Below are positions 1 through 12,499 of a stretch of 64,000 nt of DNA, piece by piece. How positions within the stretch are numbered: position 1 is the stretch's first letter; each line of letters starts with the position of its first letter. The position numbers were made by a program, and so were the translations under genes. The DNA comes from Azolla caroliniana (lineage: Eukaryota; Plantae; Polypodiophyta). The stretch spans positions 3,658,001 through 3,722,000 of the forward strand of contig JBHGNT010000016.1 in the NCBI GenBank assembly GCA_043228905.1. The letters run 5' to 3'. The notes below the pieces were generated by a model. It saw nothing but the letters and a program-made list of their open reading frames with translations. It did not search any database and was not told where the DNA came from.

Positions 1-1249
1 AAAGGTTGGTTAACCATGAAAAAGTCCAAGTAGAACAAAAGAGCATGTTTTCTGTAGTTTCGTGTAAAAACCTTACATTCAGAACTATAACTTCATTTCA
101 TTAGTTTCAACCTAGTTTCAACCATAGTAAAAACAGGATTTCCATATACCTGCAGTTGAAGCATTGTAACAAGATCCATTGCAATTATCAAATTAAGCTG
201 AAATTCATACACATGCACTGAAATATTAAGTTTAAAAGAGTCACGGAAAAATACATGCGAAGTATGTATGGTGAAACAGTGGCATATGAAATACAAAATA
301 CGCCTCGAACGGTGCTGCCTTTATAAAATAGATGGAAAACTCGCCATCCAAGCATAAATCAAGAACTTACATCTTGTTGTGTACCGCAAAAAGTTGCAGT
401 TGTCAGCAAAATCAGAATTTGGCAGAAAGCCGCACCTGTTGCTACAATGCTCCTGCTCTTGGCAGGAAACCAGAAATTACCCACCCAACTTTGCTCCATA
501 GAGTGATCCAATATGGAATGTACATTTGGAGGAGGAAGTGTCTCCGATGTACTGTGATGTGGCTTGATCTTATAAAGATGTGCAATCTGAACCATGGTCC
601 ATGACAAAGAGGAATGGCTCTCTGATTCCACTTTAACCAGGATGTTTGCTTATACATTACTAGTATCCCTAATAATATCCATGCAGAAGAAATTTGTCTA
701 TTTTCTCTGCCTAGGTGGATTTCTGCGCATCTAGGTCTCCCTCAAGTGGCCTTTTCAAGGTCTTCTTATCTCTAGAAAGAATGGCAATAACAATCTTTGA
801 GTAGTGTACTCTGTCACTCTCTGGAGAATCCAGGCATTCAGCATATAAAGGACATCATTTACTAATCATAGCCTAAAAGGCATTAAAGCCATGCAGTTTG
901 AAGGAATCTTCCACATGTGGACAATACTCTAAAATCTGTTCATCTTTATAGCATTATTGCCTTGTAAAATGCAAAACCAACATATCTCCATATTTCAATA
1001 GTAAAGTTGCCATTTATATCTTTGGTATTGCATTAACAATAAATGATGCATAGGTTTTCACATTAACACTTCTAAGTGCCCTTAGTGAAGTAACTTGGCA
1101 TTAGTTGAGGTCAAATGCGTGCTTTATTTATTTATTGTGGGTTTCTTCACATTTAATCCATGCAATTTCACATATAGCATAAAGGAAATTAAACAATGCC
1201 AAAAATGTATATGAAAAAAGCAAACATGAGAGCTAGGGTCATACAATAC

Positions 1250-3012
1250 CTGATTTGTGCTTATCAAGTACGCATGAAACACAGTGAGACCGCCGACAAA
1301 CCAAGACGCTAGAAAACAATAAGCCATTAGAGCGACAGATGCAGGTGATCTTTGGAATGCTTTCCAAACTGTATTTGGAGAATTTCCATCCATGAGCTTT
1401 TTTATTCGTAACGCACACATTGCGATAACAAAGAAGCATAACAATGTTGACGTGAATATGAACGTTATAAAGAATGGATAATTCCTCTGCAATACAATAA
1501 AAACAACCAAATGCTATAAATAAAAACAACACGTCAAAAAATGAAAAACAACAAGGGAGAAAAACCTAAGTACCCATCTTGTTGGATGCTCATCAGAATT
1601 CCTCTCTGTAGTACATAATTCATAATACTACATGTGGGTACCCTGGTATTTTTCAAAACTTGGGTATTTTGGTGTTGATATACATACTCTTCCAATGCAT
1701 TGCCCTATCCATGGGCAATGATGATCGAATCGGTCTACGCAATTGTTGCAAATGGAGCAGTGTGAACACCGAAGGGGCCTATGATGACGACAGGTCTGAC
1801 AATACTTCCTCTTTACTATCTTTCCATTCACAATTTCATCAATAGGTTGCCATGCAGATGAATCAAATAATGATTCGAAAGCTTCCTTGTTACTATTCCG
1901 AGGGATTATTCCTGGATCTCGACTCGCTGTTAGCAAGAGAGATATTAAGACCTGAGCAAAGATAAATGGAACACAGCATAAAATTTCATCATGTTTTGAA
2001 TTTTGTCTTAGGAAAGGCTAGATATGTCAGATTGCACAAGAATGAAATAATGGCAAAATACCAAAATACCCCTGAGCTAACAGAATAGCCTTGAGTGGTA
2101 CTCCGACAATTTTGGAAACTAACGTGTATTCTACAGGTTATCCAGAGAGTTTGGGGAATTTTGGTATTCTCGCAATAAAAGAAAGTGGAGAAGGAATATA
2201 CTAACAGCACATGTGTGAACCACCGACACCACCATGATTGCAATACCCGAATGGTTTGGAAAATTTGTCATAAGTTGCCTTCCAACAAATACACAGAAGA
2301 CCACCATTGGAACTATAATGAGAGACAAAGTTGGCACGAGGTTTCGAGCATCAGGCCCAAAAAATAACCGTTTTCTAAACAAAAAGGTCTGCAAAGCAAT
2401 TGCAGAAACAAGAAATGTGAGCAAAGGGCATACCATAGTATTCAAAAAATCAAAGCAACATAGCAGCCTCAAAATCCAGTACTTCCAGAATTAAATAAGA
2501 TCATAAATACTTTCCTTAGGGTCCAGCTTAAAGATTAAAAGCAAAATACTTAAGTGTCTTATTCCCTTTTGCAATAACATGTCAAGAAAGTGCACTGTAA
2601 CATATAAAGAACCTATCGTGGTTATGACACTTAGTCTCAATATTTGCACAATTAGACAGAATAAAGGGAGATTATGTTAATGATACATTGACTAGCATAT
2701 CTACTTCTGAGAAATAAGACAATATATGTGTGTACACATGTATATCTAGCCGTGTGTCTGTTGGATTGTATGCCTATAAGCATACGAGATCAAGCAGCAA
2801 TCTTAAAAAAATTATCAAACTATCGAAGTTGGTATCCTATGCATATGAGCATAAGAAGTGAATCAAGCTTCACTCCAGAAGGTTACTAGAGTGAACACAT
2901 GATCCACAAATCTGCGTGTGTTATTTATGTATGCAGGCATGTATGCATGTTATGCATGTATGCTTTCATTTATGCTCACATGTATGTGTGTAAATTGGCT
3001 CTTATGCCTGAT

Positions 3013-3057
<45 letters not shown>

Positions 3058-4416
3058 TAGCTCCTAGGTCAGATTCTATGCATATGTATGTATGCATAGA
3101 TGTACCTAAATCTATAAATTGATGGCTCCTTTGGCCAAATACTATGTATGTGTATATATGCATGGATGTACCTAAATATGTGTATAAATAGGCTAATAGT
3201 CCAAGGATTTGGCCATATGCCTCCTATTAGTCTCGCTTTTGACAAAAATAGATTGGTTAAATGGCAATTACATTTGGTGTGAAATTTCCTGGAGGCATGA
3301 TCAGCTAGTGGTATTCTTTTCCTACCCATTGTCTTGAAGTGGCCCATTTGGTCCTCTCTTAATTTACAAATACTAATTTTCTTCTTCCAATAATCTCTTA
3401 ATTTTCTTCCCACCCATTTGAATTGGCATATTTGATAAATCTCTTAATCCAAGTATACCAATTCGATATTTCTTCCAGCCATTTTCTTCATCTTCCATTG
3501 ACGTATTTGGTTCTCTCTTGATCCACATTCAGCAATTAAAGACAGAGTAGGAAAAAAAGGACGGATGTGAAGGCATAATTACACGTGGTTACTTCCTACC
3601 CATTTTTTTGTCAATATTTGGTAATCCCTATATCCACGATTGGTAACACGGAAACAGCACGTATGAAAAGAATGGTTTACTGTTGCTAGGCCCCACCCAT
3701 TTTCTTCAATTGGGAAATTTGGCAATCTTTTAATCTACATATACCAATTAAAGGAAATTGGTAAAGCGCCATGTTTGCATCATGGGATAGTGGTTTTTTG
3801 TCCCTACTTGCTTGTCTTGAATTGACATATTTTATGAACCTATTGTTCCACACATAGTAATGGTAGAAAATTAGAAAGATGTAAGAGAAAGGATCTAAGT
3901 TTGCAAGATTACATATTTTACTAATTGTCTTCATTTGACATATTTTGGTAATATTTTGATCCACATGCATACAATTGGTCAGAAGGTGAACAAATACCAT
4001 GTTTGATGATAAGAGGGGGTTTTTTCTTTCCAACCATTTGTCTTCAATTGACGTGTTTAGTAATCTAACATCCGCTTAGGAGTAGAAGTGAAAAAAAACA
4101 TTATGGTTTAGTGATGGTTATTTTATCGTCATGTCCATTTGTCTTCAATATTCATACATGGCAATCTCTTGATCTACATACCAATTAAAGACAATTGGGT
4201 TTTTTTTCAATTGGCATGTAGGGGGGCAATCTCTTTGATCCGACACTACACCCATTAATGTAGTAAACGATTAGCATATATGCACACTGCTTTTAAAGTC
4301 TTTAGAATCTAGTCTGATTTTGAGACTGACTGACATAATTTAATCTTAGAAAGGTAGAAGTTTATGAGACTTACCTTATTTCCTTGAGATATTCTTCCAT
4401 TTGATGATGTGGGCAT
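1250..4416 (-). CDS. DHHC-type protein S-acyltransferase (Erf2-like plant PAT), coding exons 1-4; 3' end unresolved or outside the window
   Basis: Four phase-0 GT-AG exons: 4416-4375 (MPTSSNGRISQGNK), 2388-2206 (TFLFRKRLFFGPDARNL...), 1951-1688 (...TASRDPGIIPRN...KYCQTCRHHRPLRCSHCSICNNCVDRFDHHCPWIGQCIGR), 1486-1250 (RNYPFF...GGLTVFHAYLISTNQ). DPG motif and full DHHC cysteine-rich domain are present. The expected TTxE exon was not found in 1-1249. Confidence 0.92.
3015..3054. repeat. (TA)n microsatellite
   Basis: Directly visible run. Confidence 0.95.
3320..4245. repeat. Degenerate tandem array (about 10 units, mostly 100-115 bp period), each unit with an internal inverted repeat
   Basis: Recurring core ~CCATTTGTCTTCAATTGG-CATATTTGGYAATCTCTTGATCCACATA-CCAATTAAAGACAATTGG near 3327, 3414, 3479, 3599, 3697, 3804, 3921, 4034, 4135 and 4200. 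Confidence 0.8.
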
Positions 4417-4604
4417 TCTTTCTTTTTGATCGAACAGAGCAAAGAAGAAGAGGGATCTTCTTTTTTTACCCTGAAAACTTAATCAGGAATCCTGCTTTGT
4501 TTTGGTTTTTCTTTGTTTTTTCACTTAATTTATAGTGAAATCCCTGTGATGGTGGGGGAGAAATTCACATACAGCCAATTACAGAACGTGAAGAAACGAT
4601 AAAC

Positions 4605-4790
4605 AAAACCTAATCCTCGTTGTTTTGCTGTAGCTTTTCTCTTAAAAACCCTAATCCTCGTTGTTTCTTGGTAGCTTCTCTATCAAAAACCCTGGTCCCT
4701 GTCTTTCCTCGGTAGCTTTCCTCCCAGAAGCCTTGATCTTCGCTGCTTATCTGTATATTTTCTTCCAGAAATCCTAATTCTTGTTTCTCT
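4605..4790. repeat. ~41 bp degenerate tandem repeat (4-5 units) with telo-box-like AAACCCTAA in the 5' leader region of the DHHC gene
   Basis: aaaacc(c)taatcctcgttgttt...gtagctt repeated at ~4605, 4645 and 4686, decaying to ~4790. Confidence 0.65.
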
Positions 4791-5450
4791 CTGGATTTGA
4801 TCAGAAGAGTGAAGAAAGAAGAAGTAACTCTGTTCAAAGATAAGCTATTTATTTATTTATTTTAAGTCTATTCCTTGGTTTACTTATTTTTTTATCTACT
4901 TATTTACTTTTTCCTTTATTGATTTTTATTCACTTATTTAGTAACTAGGTATGTACAATTATAAATTTTATATATTTATTTATTTACTTATTTAGTAACT
5001 AGTTACAGTCATAAAATTTAGTTTGTTATTTAGTAACTAGTTGCAATTATAAAATTTATTTATTTGTTTGTTTGTTTATTTTTTATTTTTTATTTGTTTG
5101 TTTGTTTATTTCTTTATTACCTATTTGTTTGTTTGTTTGTTTATTTCTTTATTGACTTTTTATTTTAACTATTTATTAATACCACATTATTATTATTAAC
5201 CAACCCTAATAACACAATCACACATCCCTTGGTAGTTTTCCTCTTTTTCTATCACATTCCCACTCCCTTTCGTCCCCTCGTCGAGACTATGTCCAATAAC
5301 CCCCCTCACAAACTCGTTAACATTGCGCTTAATTCCATGTGAATGAAGCATTAAGTTGGTGCGATTTATTGATCCCACCTCCAAGGCTAGAAATTGTTAC
5401 ATCGATGACCACTCAAACCTGGCATATTCGCCTTTTAATCCTCTAGACTC

Positions 5451-5778
5451 TATGTATGTATGTATGTATGTATGTATGTATGTATGTATGTATGTATGTA
5501 TGTATGTATGTATGTATGTATGTATACATATGTGTGTATGTCATTTATACAAGTCAAATGAAAGAGAATTGAATTCCTTCTCAATTATTTTTTGCCTTTG
5601 TCTCAACGTGTGAGTGGATTACGTTTCCTTTTTCAAAGTTTCATAAAAGTCACATCACATTTGAATACGCATTATTGATTGAAAACATTATCATATTTCG
5701 ATATTTATATGATTTGTATGTATGTATGTATGTATGTATGTATGTATGTATGTATGTATGTATGTATGTATGTATGTA

Positions 5779-5849
<71 letters not shown>
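5451..5849. repeat. Two microsatellites: (TATG)n at 5451-5524 and compound (TATG)n(TG)n at 5716-5849
   Basis: Directly visible; they generate the spurious MYVC/CV ORFs. Confidence 0.95.
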
Positions 5850-5851
<2 letters not shown>

Positions 5852-8800
5852 TCGCTTGTGAGACAAGCCTATGTTTGTATATTTCTTCCCACCTATTACA
5901 GTCCGTGAATTAGCATACATTATTATTAATCCCCTCAAAATTAACTACAAGTTTATGTTGCAAATAATGTCATTCCACATTGTTGCACTCAGGCCCATAC
6001 ATAGATGATCTCATCATTATTTTAGAGCCAAAATCAATACATAATAAGGATATAACAAGGAGCATGTTTGGCATCAATTTCGTGTGACATAGGCCCGTTG
6101 CATTTATCAAGGGAAGTGAAGAATATTAGTTTGCGGTATAGTATCGATTATCGTATCCTGTATTCCACTAACAAATCAACAACCAACACAAACAAAACAA
6201 TGCTTTTGACATTCGATATGAGATAGCTTTTCAAAGTTTGACTTCCATTGAATATTTCCAAGTTGTTATGAGATGTCCACATTGACTAACTTCGTCCAGT
6301 GGTGTTGGTGATGGTTCCGAATTACTTATTGTGGTGGTTTAGGTAATCTACCTAGTCTTCCACACCTATTCCACTTGGATAATTGATAACATCAAACTTA
6401 CGTGCCCAAGTAGCTTTGGTTATCAACTTTTCATATATGTCACAATATTGCTTGTTGCCTGCATAAAGGCCAATACTCATAACCACCTTATTCTTCTTGT
6501 TAATGAAAAAGTTGATCATATTAATGAGGAATTTCTTTTGCAATGCACTCTTGGTTTTTCGCATCTTCTTCTAAAACATAAGGGAAAGATATTCACATGC
6601 AAAGCTCGTCTAGACTATTAGGCTCCATCTCACTTTAAAAAAAAACGTATCCCACTCATATTGGGACATGGGTCTACCTCCTATATAAAACACATGCCTT
6701 TTTTGACATTTGATACCATATGTACATTTTAATTAAACTTTTTGATTTTTTAACAACTTCGGTGATGATAATGTGGAATTCAAGATTTTATCACATTCGG
6801 TTGATGGAGATTGATAATGACACATATACGAAGTATGGGGTTGACAAATGTGCATAAATAAGTTTAGCACCTCATTTGTAACCACCATTATATGATGTTT
6901 ATTCTATCTATGGTCTTCGAAAGTCTTGCATGTTTTCAATAAATATTGCAACATGTCATATGCTTAAGAGCTCGCCTCGCTTTAATTTCCCCTACTTCAC
7001 ACGTAAAACAAATACACTTATATGAGAGGGGCGCACCAACAAGTGGGAGAGACTTTAACCCTATTTTGTGATCAACGATCATGTTTGTGTCTTACGAATA
7101 AGTATTCAATTAATTGAATATTTAGTGAGAATAATATTCGTAGGCAATAAAACCAGTGTGGGTGTGAACTCGGCTCACCAATTCAAAACACAATGTAATA
7201 GTCCATGGTGTGCACAACATTGCAACTAATTTGTTCACAATAAAACTAACAAAGGTTTTCAATGTAACATAATAGTAAGTTTTAAGTACTTATACCAACA
7301 AAGCATACTTTTATTATTTTGTGAGAGTACTACGTCTTTTTTCCTGAATTTAATATACAACAAAAGGTCAAAAATCAAGATATAGTTTTCATCTCTATCC
7401 TTACGTTATTTCAAACTTGTAGCTGAAGAAACTTCACCAACAATTCACTATATATGTCAACATCCAACTAATTTGCAATGCACGTGGAGTATTTTGTTGA
7501 CAGTAACATAAATACACTTATTGTGAGGCAATTTTACAAAGAACTCTATGCATGATGTGAAACACTCGTGCAAAAATGTCATTTACAAGCCTAAATAATA
7601 ACTTGATGTTTTATGAGCAAATGATCACAATTTTGGAGGTTTAATCAACATCCAGATCATGTCAGATGACAGAGGCAACAAAGAAGGTTGGGAGATAATT
7701 ATAAATAAATAAAAAAAGCACGATAATATATTGCGTCTTTTTTAAAATTATTGCATCAATATCATGATTCATAAACAAAAGTATTTGAAACCTAAAAAAT
7801 GTAAAGAGGGGCTCTAGAACTAGCTCTGTGACACATCGAAGAACTTGGATCAAAATGAAATCATCCTCCTTGGATCCTAATCACCAAAAAAATTATATGA
7901 GACAGTTTTTTCCTTGGAGACAGGGGGATTCTGTGACTCTATGGATAACCTAATTGCATAAATAGCTCTACTTGAGTATGGCAATAATATTAATAATCCA
8001 ATAATCAGTATCATGTTGGTGACAATAACATTGAGCTACGAAATTGGTCATCACAACAAACAATACGTGATAAGGTTATGCTAGTTGCTTGTCAAGAGTA
8101 GAAACCACATATGAAGTAATTATTCAAATTCTCTCAAACAAGAAGGCAAAACTATATCGAATGTAAATGATCATCATGACGACGACAACAATGTGTTGTG
8201 TGGCATAACACAACATGAGGACTCGTTGTGTCATGTTTCTCATATGCATGAATACCAAAATAAATATACATATATTATTTCAATAGAATCGTCAAGTTCT
8301 GACTACACTTAAACAAGGATATACATATTGCATTAGTGACACATCACAACGAAAACATCCAAACATTTTCAATAAAAAATTCACAAACTCGTTCTCTCGA
8401 AATATAGTCCTTACAATAACTTGTCAAACTAAACTTGCAAATATAAAACAATAGACAATGGTATTATTCAAATTTGGGGAACAAATCTAAAAGAAAATTG
8501 CGTTATATCGAAAGTTGAGGTACATCTTATGGGTAACACTACGAAATTACATTTAAATTTATCTTTATTTCCCCAAAACACTCCGAAAAAATTTATATTA
8601 ACCCAATGCTCTCAAATCTTGCGTGTGAGGAATTACACGCGTGCAATTTATTATACAATTAGTGTTATGACCTTGGCTTTGCTCATTGTTTGTGATTGGG
8701 GGTAGGGATAACGAGGGCATCTGGGGGAATAACAGAAATACATTTGGAGTCCTTCATCTAAAACATTTGCCCTATTAATGCATGGTATGGATAGGAGGAG

Positions 8801-9240
8801 TTGTGTGAGAAATAACCAAAAACACATTTTTTTGAGTTCTTTAGACAAAACAGTTGACCATTTACACGAGGAAGGGAGAATATGCGCAGTAAGTGCATTG
8901 GGGGGAAATAAAGAAAGCACTTATGGTGCGTTCTTCTTCACGTGTGAACAACAAAAGGTCACCTCGTGGCTACGAGTAGGATCCTGCGAATCTTTGACAA
9001 AACGACAATATAATCTGATAGATTCGGGAAACGAGAAGTACATATGTTTTCAGGCGTTTTTTGTTCCATCCCTTCGAGTTTCCCATAAAAAATATCCTCC
9101 ATTGGTATTAAAATTAAAGGAAACTATATAAATATGTTGTGTTGCATCAATTCGAAACTAATTGCTTGTCTTATGGCAAAGACTTGTTAAGCTTCAAGCA
9201 TACTTCTCAATAAGGCAATTGTTTGTGTGACCTCCATGTA

Positions 9241-9620
9241 TTACGAAGACATTTGAACATGGAAGTTGTTCCCTCTCTGTATATCTCCCATGTTGCCACA
9301 TGCTTTCAACATACCAGAAAATGTCATCATATTAGGTAAGAGGCCTTGCACCAGCATTTGAAGATAGAGTTGTGTAGCATCCTCATTCTTATCATGCTCA
9401 GTATAGCCCAATAACATGACAGTCCCTTGTACCACATCTCCAACCAACAATAATCCATCAGAAAGGTTCTCGGGCTTCAATTATTGTTGGTTTTCACATG
9501 TCAATGGGAATTTTGATGGATCCCTGGCCCATTGGGGCCTCGCATATCACTGCAATGATGAACACGTTTCTGAAGGGGAAATTGCGAGAACATTTCCTGC
9601 ATTCTTGTGACATTAGCATT
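9241..9620 (-). pseudogene. PPR gene fragment (relic)
   Basis: Translates as LLGYTEHDKNEDATQLYLQMLVQGLLPNMMTFSGMLKACGNMGDIQRGNNFHVQM, a P-L motif pair. Surrounding frames are disrupted. Confidence 0.7.
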
Positions 9621-9712
9621 CTCATTGCTCATGTTGGGGTAGCAGGGGCATTCGGGTAAATAACAAAAAAAGTGGTTTTTCACAGATAGCATTCACCCTC
9701 CTCCCCCTGTTC

Positions 9713-11797
9713 ATGAAGCAAAGGAAGAAGAGGAGCTGTCTTTTGATACTACATCCTGATACTGTATGCATGCTCCCTCTGCCATTGATTCATGATTGCC
9801 TCTGGTATATCCTGCAAACTCCAAGGAAGGAGAAGAAAATCCAAGAAGCATTATCCTTTTTTTTGCATAGATATGGATTTGATCCAAAGAAAGCCTCATT
9901 TTTCAACAAGAGCCACCAGAAAGAATCCTACATCTCGTTATTAGAATCTTGCAGGAATCTACGAGATCTAATAAAGGGTGAAAATCTACACTCCGAGATT
10001 TCTAGAGAGAATTCGTCACTTTTACAAGATGTGGTTGTCGCTAATATGTTGGTTGGACTGTATGCCAACTGTGGTTATCTCGAGAGATCAGAAAATGTGT
10101 TTGAAAATCTCACTCTCAGGGATGTCATCATATGGACGACATTTATGGGAGCATTGAGCAAACAGGGATTCTGCAAAAAGACTCTTCATTGTTTCGATCA
10201 TATGCAAATTGAGGGCATATCACCCGATTCTGTGACTTTTGTTTGCATCTTGAAAGCTTGTGCAAACATAGGAGATATAGAGAAAGGTCAGAGCATGTAC
10301 AGTGAGATAGTTAAGAAGGGTTTTGATGAAGATGTTGTGGTTACTACCTCGTTGGTTGATATGTATGCTAAATGCAGTTTGTTGACAACTGCAAATGATG
10401 TTTTCTATAGAATCCCGACACGGAATATTGTGTCTTGGAATGCATTAATGGCAGGGCATGTTGAGCATGGTAATAGCGAAGAGACACTTCTTTGCTTTCG
10501 ATACATGCAAGAAGAGGATCTTGCTCCCAATGATGCATCTTATGTATGTGTCTTGAAATCTTGTTGTATCATGAAGGATATGGACTTTGGCAGAGGACTA
10601 CATTTAGAGATTGTCAAAAAAGGGTTGGAGAGAGAGATTTTTGTTCATAACACCTTGATTGATATGTATGCTAAATTTGGCTTGTTTGTTGATGCCATTG
10701 GAGTATTTGATAAGCTACCTCTTGTTCGAGATGAGATTTCGTGGAATGCACTACTTTCTGGCTATGTTGAACATGGACATAGTAAACAAGCACTAGATTG
10801 CTTTGAAGAGATGAGAAGGGAAGGGTTCTCTAGTCCACATCTGCTCATGTATGTTTGCAGTATGAAAGCGTGTGCCAACATAGGACAGATTGAAAGAGGT
10901 AAACTATTACATTCTGAGATCACAAAGAAAGGCTGGGGAGAAGATGTTACTGTTTGCAATACATTGATAGATACATATGCAGAATATAACTTACTCATGG
11001 AAGCTCAATTTTTGTTTGATACCCTCCCCATTAAGACTCCAGTATCATGGAATTCACTAATTGCTGGATATGTAAAGAATGGATATAATGAGAACGCGCT
11101 AGATCTCTTTTATGATATGGCTGTGGTCGCAGATGCTACAACTATCGTTTGCACGCTGAAAGCTTGTGGTAGTGAGGGTTTCATATACAAGGGCCTAGAC
11201 ATACATATTCAGCTGGTAAAGCAAGGTATAGATAAGGATATATTCGTTGGCAACACTTTGGTAGATACATATGCCAAATGTGGCATGTTGGCAGAGGCAC
11301 AAGAAGTTTTCAAAACAATTTTGTGCCCAGACATGATCTCGTGGAATGCACTTATCACTGGGTATGCTCAAATAGGTGAATATGGACAAGTCTTTATTAC
11401 TGTTGGTAGAATGTTAGAAGGAAATGCAACACCTGATTCTCTCACATTTGTGAGTATTCTAAATGCATGTTGCCATGCAGGGCTATTGATAGATCATGGG
11501 ATCGTATGTTTTGTGGCAATGAGAGAACAATATGATATTGTTCCTACAGTAGAGCATCATAGTTGTATGGTTAATCTTCTGAGCCGAGCCGGACATATAG
11601 ATAAGGCCATAAGATTTATTGAAGATATGCCCTGTCATCCGGGAATGGTAGTATGGAATACCATGCTTGGTGCTTGCCGGAAATGGGGTAGTTTCGATAC
11701 CGGCATGGAGATCTTTCAACATGTGATTCAATTAGACAGAAATGATGATGCGGCATATTTTTTAATTTTAAACATTTATGCAGATGTTAGGCTGTGA
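9713..11797 (+). CDS. PLS-class pentatricopeptide repeat protein ending in the E region, no DYW domain (probable organellar RNA editing factor)
   Basis: Intronless 694 aa ORF with repeated P-L-S triplets (VSWNALMAGHVEHG / PDSVTFVCILKAC / NTLVDTYAKCG), then P2-L2-S2 (PTVEHHSCMVNLLSRAG) and E (VWNTMLGACRKWG...AAYFLILNIYAD). The true start may be a downstream Met. Confidence 0.93.
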   Translation: MKQRKKRSCLLILHPDTVCMLPLPLIHDCLWYILQTPRKEKKIQEALSFFLHRYGFDPKKASFFNKSHQKESYISLLESCRNLRDLIKGENLHSEISRENSSLLQDVVVANMLVGLYANCGYLERSENVFENLTLRDVIIWTTFMGALSKQGFCKKTLHCFDHMQIEGISPDSVTFVCILKACANIGDIEKGQSMYSEIVKKGFDEDVVVTTSLVDMYAKCSLLTTANDVFYRIPTRNIVSWNALMAGHVEHGNSEETLLCFRYMQEEDLAPNDASYVCVLKSCCIMKDMDFGRGLHLEIVKKGLEREIFVHNTLIDMYAKFGLFVDAIGVFDKLPLVRDEISWNALLSGYVEHGHSKQALDCFEEMRREGFSSPHLLMYVCSMKACANIGQIERGKLLHSEITKKGWGEDVTVCNTLIDTYAEYNLLMEAQFLFDTLPIKTPVSWNSLIAGYVKNGYNENALDLFYDMAVVADATTIVCTLKACGSEGFIYKGLDIHIQLVKQGIDKDIFVGNTLVDTYAKCGMLAEAQEVFKTILCPDMISWNALITGYAQIGEYGQVFITVGRMLEGNATPDSLTFVSILNACCHAGLLIDHGIVCFVAMREQYDIVPTVEHHSCMVNLLSRAGHIDKAIRFIEDMPCHPGMVVWNTMLGACRKWGSFDTGMEIFQHVIQLDRNDDAAYFLILNIYADVRL

Positions 11798-12499
11798 AAT
11801 CATAAGCTTGAGAAAACAAAGATGATGTGCTCTATAATCTCTTGACAAAATGAAAAGGTGACTGGTTTGTTGAGAGCTTAAACAACAACATTGAATGATA
11901 GTATTGCCTTTCCAAAATCGTATGATCACGTTTGTACCATAACAATTTCTGGATTTTAATGTTAAGCATAATCGGAAAATCCATTATGAACAGGGTGAGG
12001 ATGAATTAAGAAAGATAAATGCCACTGAATTGTTGACCAGCCATGCCTTAAAGCAAAAATCTTAACCCAAAATTCTCATATATTCTTTGCTTCCTCAATG
12101 GGATGCCCATGCGATGTGTCTATGTGACCAAGGGCCGTGTGGTGCTTCAACTTTCAAGTCACTCCAGGCCCCGATATAAGTTGGATGTCAGTTATGTAAG
12201 AGGAACTAGGACTCCAAACCAAGGTGGGAGAGATGGCAATTGTACGAGAGGAACCAATACCCCATAGCATGTTGGGCAAAGCCAAGCTATCCCACTCGGA
12301 GAAAGCCAGTCTCGGGTACAAGTTCCAAATGAAATATGTGATGAATGTATGTGGAGAGGGCACCAAGAGTCGACCATCAATTTAAATCAATATGGATAGC
12401 TAAAGGAAATTCCGGGCCAAAAGAGGGCAATTAAAATGAAAGAGTAGAGGACCTCCTAAATAAGCCCAAGAAATAAGGGAAGGTATAAACTCTGAAGTT

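Noticed and set aside
3320-4245. CRISPR-like repeat-spacer appearance
   Set aside because: Eukaryotic intron, degenerate repeats, the spacers are related to each other, and there are no cas genes.
5356-5938. ORFs with MYVC/CV/HT repeats
   Set aside because: Translations of (TATG)n and (TG)n microsatellites.
6000-8600. AT-rich tract possibly derived from a DNA transposon
   Set aside because: No motif, TIR or frame that I could support.
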